DNA of 64,000 nt. It comes from Acidimicrobiales bacterium (GTDB lineage Bacteria > Actinomycetota > Acidimicrobiia > Acidimicrobiales > Poriferisodalaceae). The stretch covers positions 3,384,419-3,448,418 of the forward strand of contig OZ220472.1 in assembly GCA_965115995.1 (NCBI GenBank), given 5' to 3'. Both the position numbers and the translations under genes were made by a program. The stretch's first letter is position 1, and each line of letters starts with the position of its first letter. Shown here piece by piece: positions 19,701 through 31,700 of this stretch. A model generated the notes under the pieces. It saw only the letters and a program-made list of their open reading frames with translations, was not told where the DNA came from and searched no databases.

Positions 19701-22700
19701 AACGACCCCAGCAGCTTCACGCTGGCCGCTGCCGACGCCGCGGTGGCCGAGGACCAGGGCAGCACCGAGGTGACCGTTGCCTACGGCGGCGCCGCCCTGC
19801 CCGCGGGAATGTCGGCGCTGATACCGCTGACAGTCAGCGGCGCTGTGGTCGGCGACCACTACACGTTGGCGCTCAAGAGGGGAAGCGACGGCACACTCGA
19901 CACCTCAGCGCCCTACAGCGCGCAGAACCCGGCGCTGCGCTTCGACGCCGGTGACGCCACAGCCACTCTGGTGCTGACCGCCGTGCCCAACGACGACCTC
20001 GACGACCGCACCGTGGCGGTCGCCTTCGGCACCGGCGCGCAGGCACCGGAGGTCACCGGCTCGGGCGGCGGCGTCTCGCTGTCCGGCAGCCCCGCAGAGG
20101 TGTCCATCACCAACGACGACGCCCACCCCGAGGTGTCGGTGACGGCAGGATCAGCGGTCACCGAGGGTGCCGCGGCGGCCTTCGAGGTGGCCATCGCCAC
20201 AGCGCCCAGCGCCGATGTCACGGTGAACCTCAAGGTGGCCCAGACCGGCAAGGTGGCAGCCGCCGGCGACCTGGGCGACAAGATCGTGGTGATCAAGAAG
20301 GGCGCGACCACCGCGGCGTTCACAGTGCCGACCGTGGGCGACTCCGCCGACGAGCCCGCAGGCTCGATCAGCGTGATCGTCGCCACCGGAAAGGGCTACA
20401 CCGTCGCCTCGTCGCCCGACGACGCCGCGGCAGTCGCGGTGAGCGACGACGACGCCACCAGGGTGACCTTGAAGGGCACCATCGAGGACAGGACCGGTCA
20501 GCGCCTTGTGTTCCTGGCCGAGGGCGTCACCCCCGACACCAGCAAGCTGACGGTCACCCTCGGTCGTGCCCTTCAAGCCGGCGACGTGCTCGAAGTGCCC
20601 CTGCAGGTGGACGGCGGCACGGTGGGCGAGGAGTTCTCGCTGGCGCTGGCGGGCTCGCCTGCGGGTGTGAAGCTCGCGGGCCGGTCGCTCACCTTCACCG
20701 GCTCGGCGGGCAACACCGTCAAAGCCGCCACGCTGGCGCTGACCATGGAGCACGACTCCGACACCACCGACGAGGCGATCACCGTGTCGCTGCCCGCCAC
20801 CTGGCCCAGCGATACGGTCACCTCGGCCGCGACCACCGTCGGCGGCGGGGCGACTGGCACGGGACGCCTCACCTTCCACATCACCGACGACGACGCCTCC
20901 GCGGCCCCCGGCGTGGAGCTGGTGGTGGCGCTCGGCCAGCGCCGCCCCGACGTGGACGTGCGCTGGATGCGCGTCGATGAGGGCGGCACCGGCGCCTACC
21001 GGGTGCGGCTGGCCACCGACCCTGGCGACGCCATCACCGTGGTGGTCACCCCGGCAGTGGGCGACAGTGCCGCAGCGACACTCTCGCCGACCAGCCTCAC
21101 CTTCACCGGAGGTTCGGCAGGCAACTGGGGAACCGCCCAGAAGGTGACGGTGGCCGCAACCCAAGACAACGACAGCGACCATGAGCGCACCGCCATCACC
21201 CACTCGGTGACCAACTACACCGGCGTCGCGGCTGGGCCGGCGCTGAGCATGGTGGTGGTGGACGACGAGGCGTCGGGCACCTCCCTGGAGGTATTCCCCG
21301 CCGAGGTGCCCGTCACCGCCCTCTCGGTGGGCGCCACCGTGCAGGTGGAGCTGGTGCCCTTCGGCGTCTCGTTCGCAGGCGCCGGCGGCAGGGGCGGCAC
21401 CGGGACTACCACCAATCGCAACGCCAACGACCGGCTGTGGAACCCGGCCACCGGCGAGCTGACCGCCGCCGCGCTGGGCCACATCGCGGTCTCGGGCCTG
21501 CCGACGGGGGTGACGGTGACCGCCGGTCGCCTGGTGCGAGCCCACGACCAGGATGATGGGGGAACCACCAAGTCCACCGGCGCTCACGTGGTGCTCGACC
21601 TCTCTGTCTCGGCCGCCGTCGCCAATGCCGACGCCACCGTCACCGTCACTGCCGGTTCCGAGCTGCTGGCGCGCGACGGCAGCAGCGGCGTGCCGTGCTC
21701 TGACCGCAGCAGCGGCAAGTGCGACCCCATCGCCGCAAGCTTCAAGGTGGCGAGGGTCACCCCTTCGGTGTTGGTGATGCCCAGCACCCTGGACCTCATC
21801 GAGGGCGGCGCCGCGGGCGAGTACAGCGTGGTGCTGGCCACCGACCCCGGCTCTTCGGCCACCGCGGTGGTCACCCCCACCTCGGGCGATGTCGGCGCGG
21901 CGACGGTGAGCGGCGCGCTCAGCTTCACCGGCGGCCCGAGCGGCAACTGGAGCGTCCCCCAGAAGGTGACGGTCACCCCCACCGACGACGCTGACGCCGC
22001 CGCCGAGTCGGTGCAGGTGGCTCACACCGTCACCGGCTACACGGGAGTGACCACCGCACCGTCGGTGACGGTGAATGTGGCCGACGACGAGACGCTCGCG
22101 GCCACCGCAACGGTCCCCCAAGCCGGGCTGACCCTCACCGAAGGCCGCGCCGGCAGCTCCTACACGGTGGCGCTGGGCGCAATCCCCACCACCACGGTCA
22201 CCCTCACCGTCACCGCAGGCACGGGCGGCGAGGTGAACAACACGAGCGGCTTCGGCGCCTCGGCCACCTTCAGCTACACCCCTTCGGACTGGGCGGCGCG
22301 CACCGTGAACGTGGCCGCCGCCGACGATGCGGTGGACAACCCGGGCATCGGGCGCACCGTTGCGTTCAGCCACAAGCTCACCGGCGGCGAGTACGCCGGT
22401 GTGGGGGTGGCGGCCGTGACCGCCGTGCTGGTCGACGACGAGCCCACCGTGGTGTCGATCACCGGCGGCGGCGAAGTCGAGGAGGGCGACACTGCCGCCT
22501 CGGCCGAGGTCACCGTCGCCCTCGCCCGAGCGCTCGTGGACGGCGAGGTGGCGGCGGTGCCGCTCGACCTCACCGACGGCTACTCAGGCACCGCGCTCAC
22601 CGTGGCGCTGAAGGGCAACCCCGCCGGCATTGCGCTGAGCGGCGCCGGCACCGACACCCCCGCGGTCACCTTCACCGGAACCTCGGGCCAGCAGGTGCGC

Positions 22701-25700
22701 TCCGCCGTGCTGGTGCTGACCCCGGTGGCCGACTACGACGACGGCGACTCCCGCAACGACCCGGTGACGGTGGCCTTCGGCGACCTGGCCGACTCGAACC
22801 TCGCCACCAACCTCGAAGGCGGCACACAAGCCCACGCCAGCGACACGAGCGCCACCGTCACCATCACCGAGGGCTCGGTGGTGACCTTCGGCGCCGCTGC
22901 CTACACCGCGGGAGAGGCCGCGGGCAGCCGCACCGCGACCGTGAAGGTGAACGCCTCGCCCGCGCCCGAGGCCGATCTCACCGTCGCCTACACCGACAGC
23001 GGGGGCACGGCGGTGTCGGGCACCGACTACACGGCGCTGAGCGGCAGCGTGACCATCGCCAAGGGCGCCACATCGGCCGACATCACCGTCACCGTCACCG
23101 ACGACAACGCCGTCGAAGGCCGCGAGACGATCGAGCTGGCGCTGAGCAGCACCGCCACCGACTACGCCGTCGGCTCGACGGCGTCCACCACCGTCACCAT
23201 CGAAGACGACGACCCCGGGCTGGTGCTCTCGTCTCCCACTCCGACCGTGGCTGAGGGCGGCACGTTCACCTACCAGGTCAGCCTCTCCACGGCGCCCACC
23301 AGCGACGTGGTCGTGACCGTCTCGGGCCAGGGCGGCAGCGACCTCTCCGTCGACACCGACGGCACGCAGGAGGGCGACCAGGACACGCTCACCTTCACCG
23401 CCGCCAACTGGCATGAGCCCCAGACCGTGACCCTGATGGCGGCCGACGACGACGACGCCGACGACGAAACCGTGACGTTGACCTACACGCCGGTGGGCGG
23501 CGGCTACGACTCGGCCGGCGCCCAGGCCCAGGTGAACATCGACGACGAGACCCCGGAGGTGACCTTCGGCGCGGCCACCTACTCCGCCGGCGAAGGGTCG
23601 GGCACCCTCAACGTGGTGGTGGTGGCGTCGCCCGCCCCCACAGCCGATCTCACCGTCGCGTACACCGACAGCGGGGGCTCGGCGGTGTCGGGCTCCGACT
23701 ACACGGCGCTGAGCGGCAGCGTGACCATCGGGGCCAACGCGGGCTCGGCCAACATCGTCGTGGCCCTGACCGAGGACAGCGACCTCGAAGGCTCAGAGAC
23801 CATCGTGCTGGAGCTGGCCGACGGCAACCGATACCAGGTGGGCAGCACTGCCGCCACCACGGTCACGGTCGCCGACAACGACTCCGGGCTGCTGTTCACG
23901 CCTGCGAACGCTGCGCTGTCGGTGACCGAGGGTGCCGGCGCCGAGTACACGGTGCGGCTCTCGACTCGACCGACCAGCGACGTGACCGTGACCGTCTCCG
24001 GGCACGCCAGCACCGACCTCTCCGTCGACACCGACGGCACGCAGGGGGGCGACCAGGACACGCTCACCTTCACCACGTCCAACTGGGACCAGCCCCAGAC
24101 GGTGATGGTTTCGGCCCGCACCGACGGCGACTCCGACAACGACAAGGTCACGCTGACCCACACGGCCGCAGGCGGCGGATACGCGTCGGTGACGGGGACG
24201 CTGGCGGTGACCATCGGCGACTTGTCGGTGGCGGTCGCCTTGTCCGGCTCAGACGGCGACGGCAACGACAACGCGGTGGAGGGCGCGTCGAACGCGACGG
24301 GATATCGCACGATCACGGTCTCGTTGAACCGGGCGCTCACCGGCTCGGAGACCGTGACGGTGCCGCTGTCGGTACACGGCGCAGTGGTGAGCACCGATTT
24401 CACGTTCGGGCTGGCGCCGTCCACCCAGTCGGGCGTGTCGCTGCTCACGGCTGCACCGCACTCGGCGCAGAACCCGGCGGTGCGGCTGGCCGCAGGGGCT
24501 TCGCAGGCGACGCTGCGGTTCACGCCGGTCGACAACGATGCGCGCACTCAGCCCTATGTGGTGGTCGACTACGGGACGGGCAACCGGGCGCCGAGCCACG
24601 CGAACCTGCCGGCGGGGCTGGCCGATCCGGCGGGCGGGCCGCTCGGGTTCGTCATCGTCGACGACGAGACCGGCGACATCGAGGTGCCGGTGAGCTGGCC
24701 GCTGCGGCCAGCGGCCCTGAACTCGGGCGACGTGTTCCGTGTGCTGTACATGACATCTGAGGGCGGCACAGCCGAGTCGTCTGACATCGCGGACTACGAC
24801 GCGTTTGTGCGCAGCGTGGGAGCGCGCAGCGGCATGCAGGCGATCCAGCCCTACGTCGGGTTCTTCAAGGTGTTCGCCAACACCCGCAGCTCTGGTGCGC
24901 CGACGGCCAACGTCGCGGGCCGCGCCCACGTCGGGATGTGGACTTCCAACGCGTGGGCCGACGGGTCGACCAAGGCCGACGATCCGGGCACGCCGATCTA
25001 CTGGATCAGCGGCCGTCAGATTGCCGACAACTACTTCGACTTCTGCGACGGCAACTGGGACAATCGCTGGAGCCAGACCACGAACTATCTCCGCCACGAG
25101 GATGGTGTGAACGCCGACGGTGACAAGGTGTGGACGGGGATGCGGGCGAACTGCACGCTGCACGCCAACCCCTTGGGCCATTCCGCCAACGTGTCGTTCG
25201 CCGCAGGCACTCAGGCGGCCACCCAGGGCCCGCTGCGCAATGGGCAGGAGGCCCCCACCAACACCAACCGGTTCTACGCCATGTCGCCGGTGTTCAAGCT
25301 CACCGGGCCCGCGATCCCGAACGTCTCGTTCAAGCAGCAGGCGATCTCTGCCAACGAGGGCGAGGGCACCGCCAAAGTCACGGTGGTGTTGTCGGACCCA
25401 TCGGCCACTGACCTGACGGTGAGGTACCAGGTTCCGTCGAACTCCGCAGCGAAGGAGGGCGTCGACGTCGAATCGCTGCCGGGCACGCTGACCGTGCCCA
25501 AAGGCACGACCGAGGCCGACATCGAGGTCGTCGTCGTGGACGACAACCTCATCGAAGACTCCGAGTTCTTGAGCATCACGTTGCTTCCGGGCGAGGGCTA
25601 CTTCTTGGGCGCCCGCCGCACGGGCCTCCTCACGATCCTCGACGACGACGAACATCCCGGCGCGGTCAAGTTGAGCGTCGACACAGACACGGTGTCCGAA

Positions 25701-28700
25701 GGCGGCGGGGCCCAGACGATCACGGTGACTGCTTCGCTGGCAGGCACGTCGGTCTACCAGGTGGACCGCAAGGTGAAGGTGAGCGTGGACGGCTCGGGCG
25801 CTCCCAACGTGGTCGGCTTCACCGCGGTGCCTGACTTCGAGATCACCATCGATGCGGAGTCCTCGAAGGGTTCGAACACGTTCACCCTCACACCCACCGT
25901 CGACGCCGTCTACACCGACGACGAGACGGTCACGGTCTCGGGCGAGTGGCTGCCGGTGAAGCCCGCGATCCCGCTCGAGCCGGCCACCACCACCGTCAAC
26001 TCGGCGACCGTCACAGTGGCCGACGACGACCCGGCCATCGAGTTCTCTGCTGCATCGGTGAACATGGACGAGGGCGACACGACGACGTACTCGGTGGTGC
26101 TCGCCGCTGCGCCGTCGGGCACCGTCACCGTGACCGTGTCGGGGCAGTTCGGAACGTCGCTGGCAGTCGACACCGATCTTGGGAACCCGGGCCTCGACGA
26201 CACGCTGACGTTCACCACCTCGAACTGGGACGAGCCCCAGCCGGTGACGCTGAGAGCAGCGGACGACGACGACGGCGACCACGAACAGATCACCTTGCGA
26301 CACACCGCGTCGGGCGGCGGCTACGGCTCGATCACCGCGGACCTGGAGGTCGCCATCACAGACGACGACTCGGTGGCGCCCCCGCCAACGTCGACCGATG
26401 AGCCCGGCGGTTTCTCGGTGTCGGCGAGCGGGGTGGTGCTGCACCGCACGGCGATCGCCGAGGGCCAGGCGCGGCAGTTCGAGCTGTCGAGGATTCCGCA
26501 GCGCCCGGCGTACTTCGTTTTCTTCAAGCCGCTGTCGGGGTACTCGGCCGAGGCGGGCGATGTCACCTTCGAGGTTCCCGACCAGCGCGGCGCTCTGGTG
26601 GAGATCGCGCCGGGTGGGGGGAGTCGGGCGTTCGAGGACTCGGTGAGCGGGCGTCTCCGTTTCGAGGTGACCGCCAACGCCGACGGCGACACCGACGACG
26701 AGACCTTCGGCGTGCAGCTGTGTACGACGGTGGACTGCACCGGAGGCACGGTCCTGGGCGACTGGACGATCACGGTCACCGAATCGTCGGACACGACGGT
26801 GACCGGCACGGGCACGACGATCACCGTCAGCGACGGCCACACCACGGTGATGGAGCGGGGGCACAACACCGACAGCCGCGACCGCCGCGACGACATCACG
26901 ATCACGCTCGACGCAGCGCCGACTGAAGACATCGTGATCTTGGGCAAGGTGGACACCCAGGTACGCACCGGCGGCACCGACGACGAGCCGATTCGCAAGG
27001 CGATCGCGCGGCCGAACGGGCAGCCGGCGTCGGGGAACTTGTCGAACAATCCCGGCGACTGGCATTTCGTGGCCCGGTTCGACAGCACTGTCGGTGGGCA
27101 GCCTGCGACGGGCGAGCACTTGACACGCAAGGTGGAGCTCGTCGCAGAGCACAACGTGGTGGACCATGCTGATCTGACGGGCACTTGGTCGTTCAAGGTG
27201 GTCGTGGCGACCCACGACGGCGACACAGGCGACTCGAGCGACTACCTCGGCCATCCCGACTACACGACGATTGCGTTGCCGTCGCTGCCGGTGACGCTGA
27301 CCGGCGACGACGAGCCCACCGAGATCACCGTGTACGCCGCCGCCACCGAAGACAACATCGCGACCGAAGCCGACACCACCGACACCGCCAAGTTCCGGGT
27401 GTCGTTGAGCCGGGCTCTGGGCGAGGGCGAGTGGATCAGCGTGCCGTTGGCGTTCAGCGGCGCCGAGCTGGGCACCCATTTCACGCTCGATTTGGACGGC
27501 ACCCCCCAAGGCGTGGCCTATTCGGACTCGCCCGGCGGCGCGTCGGGGCTGTTGCGGTTCATCGGCCCGTCAGCCGCCGAGGCGACGCTGGTGGTGACCG
27601 CGGCGTCCAACGACGGCAACACCGTGACCGAGAGCCTGCTGGTACACACCTATCGCGATTCGGCGCCGTGGCACGACACCCGCATCGCCACGAACCTCGA
27701 CGGCGGTGCGTGCTCAGGAGAGGGCTGCGGCGCGGGCCGTGAAGCCGAGCGCCAGCACCGCATCACTCTCCAGGAGACATCCGCGGGGCTGAGCGTCATC
27801 GACGACGGCGACAGGCGAGTGGTCGAGGGCAGCACCTACACCTACGAGGTTCGGCTGAACACCGCGCCTTCGGCCTCGGTCACCGTCGCGGTGTCCAGCG
27901 GCGACCCCAGCCTGGCGACGGTCACCGGCGGCGCCAGCCTGACGTTCAACCCGAGCGGCAACGGGATATGGAGCACCCCGCAGACGGTCACGGTGACAGC
28001 AGCGGACAACGCGGCCGATGCCGCCGACGCCTCGGTCACGATCACCCACGCCTTGTCCGGTGACACGGCCTACGCCGCGCTTGCCGACGTGGCTCACACC
28101 CTGACCGTCGCGGACGACGACGCCACCACCGTGACGATGACCGGCGCCGGGGTGCGCACGTCGTCGTCGGGGACGGAGATCTCCCAGGTGATGGTGGAGG
28201 GCGACGCCACCCGGGTGGACCGGTCGCTCACGATCAGCCTCAGCCGGGCTCTGGAGGCGGGCGAGTACGTGCGGGTGCCGCTGTACCTGGAGGCAGTCGG
28301 GCACAGCCTCAGTCCCGAGGATCAGCCGTGCGAATTGACCGACACCATCGATTTCCCAGATAACGAAGACAAGTTGCCGAAGGAGCTAGTCGAGTTCTGT
28401 CACATGGTGGACTCAGTGCGCGGGCCGCGTTACAGCGCGGACGTGTCCTGGCCGATCCACTACAACGACTTCGAGATGTCCGCTACGGGCACCGGCGTGT
28501 CGGTGGAGGCGGAGAACCGCTACACCGCGCCCCATGCGGGTTTCCGCTGGCTGGAGTTCCGCGGTACCGGCGCGCAGACCGCGGTGCTCGAACTCAACGC
28601 TCGGGACGGCTTCGACGACGGCGAGTCGTTCGACGAGCAGTTCTCCGTCGAGTTCCCCAACGACCTGGCGGTGCTGCCCATCGACGCGTGGGCCAACCGA

Positions 28701-31700
28701 CACCTGAATCCCGATACCAACCTCAGCGGCGGCATCACGCCCGCACAGACGGGTGTGCAGGCCTGGTACGGCATCGCCGACACCGAGAGCGCCAGTGTTG
28801 GCAACTTCGTGCCGGCCAACTGGCCGCTTCTGCCCGACGGACTGCAAGCGGGCGACACCTTCCGGCTGCTGTACGTCACCAACGCAACCATCAGAGGCGT
28901 AGTCGCGAGACACGATCCGTCTGTGAGCCTTGTGCGCGCTGAGATCACCGGCAAGGGCCTCAAGGACGAGGGCGTGGAGGATTTGGCGCCGTTCGCCGAG
29001 GCGTTCTTGCCGATTGTCACGGTGGCCTCGGACAGCGGTAGTAGTGCCGGACGGAATCCGGGCACGAACGCTGACGTGTATGCCAGGTTCGATCCGGACG
29101 ACGACGATCATCCCGACGATGCGATCTATTGGGTGGCCGGCAGCAAAGTCGCCGACGACAAAGCCGATTTCACCGACGGGGACTGGGACGACGAAGCCAA
29201 CCCCAGGTTTGCTGACGGCACCGCGGCGACCATCAACGCCGGCGGCTATTGGACCGGGTCGCTGTCGACCGGCAAAGAACAGCCCAGAAAGTGTCAAACG
29301 GGCTCAAATCACTGGCGTATGTCGCTAGGCACCCCCCAAACAACCCATGCCGGGTACCTCGACGACGCTGGCACGAACCGCACGCCGCTCGGCCCAGACA
29401 GCGAAAGTTGCGACGGTCAAGGTGCTGGCGACTCGAAGCCATTGTTCGCCCTGTCCGACACCTTTACTGTGGCGGGCGGGGTCTCTGTCGAATCAGCATC
29501 GGCTGCCGAGGGCAGCCCGATCACCTTCACTGTCACGATCCCCGACGCCGCCCCTGTCGGCGGAATCACCGTGCCCTACACGCTCTCCGACGGGCGCGGC
29601 ATCGCCGGCGAACCGGCGTACACAGAAGCGACCGGCGCGTCGGGCGGCACCAACGCCGACTACGACAACGACGCGGGCACCGTCGTCGTCGCGCAGGGCC
29701 AAACCTCCAACACCTTCACCGTCGCCACCACCCAGGACAGCACCTACGAGGGCGACCACTTCTTCACCGTCGCCCTCGGCACCCCTACCGGCACGGACGC
29801 GCCGGCTCTGAACCCCAACAAGAGCACCGCCACCGGCACCATCACCGACGCAGACGACCTGCCCACCCTGGCGTTCAGCGCCGCTGCCGTCAGCGCCGCT
29901 GAGGACGCTGGCGCGGTCAATGTCTCCGTCGCCCGCACCGGCGACACCGAGGTGCCGCTGTCGGTGTACTGGACCACCGCCGACGGCACCGGTGGCAGCG
30001 GCGCCACCCACCCCGGCGATTACACCGCCGATGCGGGCCGGCTTGAGATCGCTGCCGGCGACACCTCCAAGACCATCACCGTGGACTTGGTCGACGACGA
30101 CGCCACCGAGAGCGACGAGACGTTCACTGTCCGGCTCTCCAGCCCGCGCGGAGCCCAGCTCACCGGCGCCGCCACGACCCTCGAAGCCACCGTCACCATC
30201 ACCGACGACGACAGCTCGGGGCCGGTGGTGGTCATCTCGGCGGATGCGGCGAGCGTCACCGAGGGAACTGCAGCGGCGTTCACGGTGGAGATCAGCGAGG
30301 CGCCGACCACCGATCTGGACGTGAGCCTGTCGGTGGCCGACACGTCGGCTGCGGCCGATTTCGTGGCCCCGGCCGGGGAAGGCGCCCAGACGGTCACCAT
30401 CAAGGCGAACCAGACGTCGGCGGCGTTCACCGTGGCGACCACCGCCGACACCACCGACGAGCCCGACGGCGACGTGACGGTGACCGTGGTGGACGGCACC
30501 GGATACAAGGTCGGCAAGATCGACGACGCTGCTTTGACCGTCAACGACGACGATCCCACCGTGGTCTCGCTGGCCCGCGTCGACAGCGGCAACATCGCCG
30601 AGGCCGGCTCCGGCACGGCGGCCGACGCCGAGTTCACCGTCACGCTCAGCCGGCGGCTGTACGCGGGCGAGACCGTGGTAGTGCCGTTGGTGCTGTCGGG
30701 CACCGGCGTCACCGCCCGCGACACGACCGTCGCCAAGAAGGCAGGCGCGACGATCAACCGCGGGGTGAGCATCGCCGCCCGCGGCTCACTGGCACCGACG
30801 GTCACCTTCGTCGGCCATGACACCAACACGGTGCAGGCTGCGACGCTGACCGTGGCGGCCCTCGAGGACTATGTGGCCGAGACCGCTGAGACGGTGACGG
30901 TGGCACTCGGCCCCGACGGCACGGGCGCCAACGGTTTCGACCGCACCAGCCTGGCCACCGACGTGAGCGGCGGCGCTAACCCGCACGCCTCCGACAACAC
31001 CTTCGACGTGGACGTGAACGCCAGCACCGGCGCCAGCATCGACTCGACGACCATCACCGAGGGCGAGTTCAAGACGTTCACCGTGTCAGCCATACCGGCA
31101 TCGTGGACGGGCACGCCGCGAATCTCGTTGAGCCGCGGCGAGGCGAATGCGAAGTTCTTCACGGCTTCCTCTGCATGCGAGCCGTCTCATCTATCGGGGC
31201 TCAGCACCGGGACAGATATCTGCCATGTACACCAACAGATCACTTGGGACGGCATCCAAAGGGAGGCTTCGTTCACGTTCTTGGCGGCGCCCGACAACCG
31301 GGCAGAGTCCGGAGAGTTCTTCGTCGTGGTTCTCCAGGACTCCGCGGACAGCACGCGTGTAGCCGCGTTCCGGGTCGACATCAACGAGTCTTCGGGGCCC
31401 GTGGCGTTCTTCGGCGACCTCGACAATGAGCACCCCGAAGACCACGGCACCGTGAACATCCCGATCAGGCTGTTGCCGACTTCGAGCTCACAGGTCGAGG
31501 TGGCCTACACGCTGGGGGGCACCGCCGTCGCGGGCACCGACTACAGCATCAGTGGCCTCACCGGCACCTCAGGCACGTTGACCTTCCCAGCCAACACCGC
31601 CCAGCAGAACCTGGTGGTCACCCTCACCGACGATGCGGCGCCCGAGACCGTCGAGAACATCGTGGTGACCATCGATACCGGCACCGGCTACACGGTGGGC

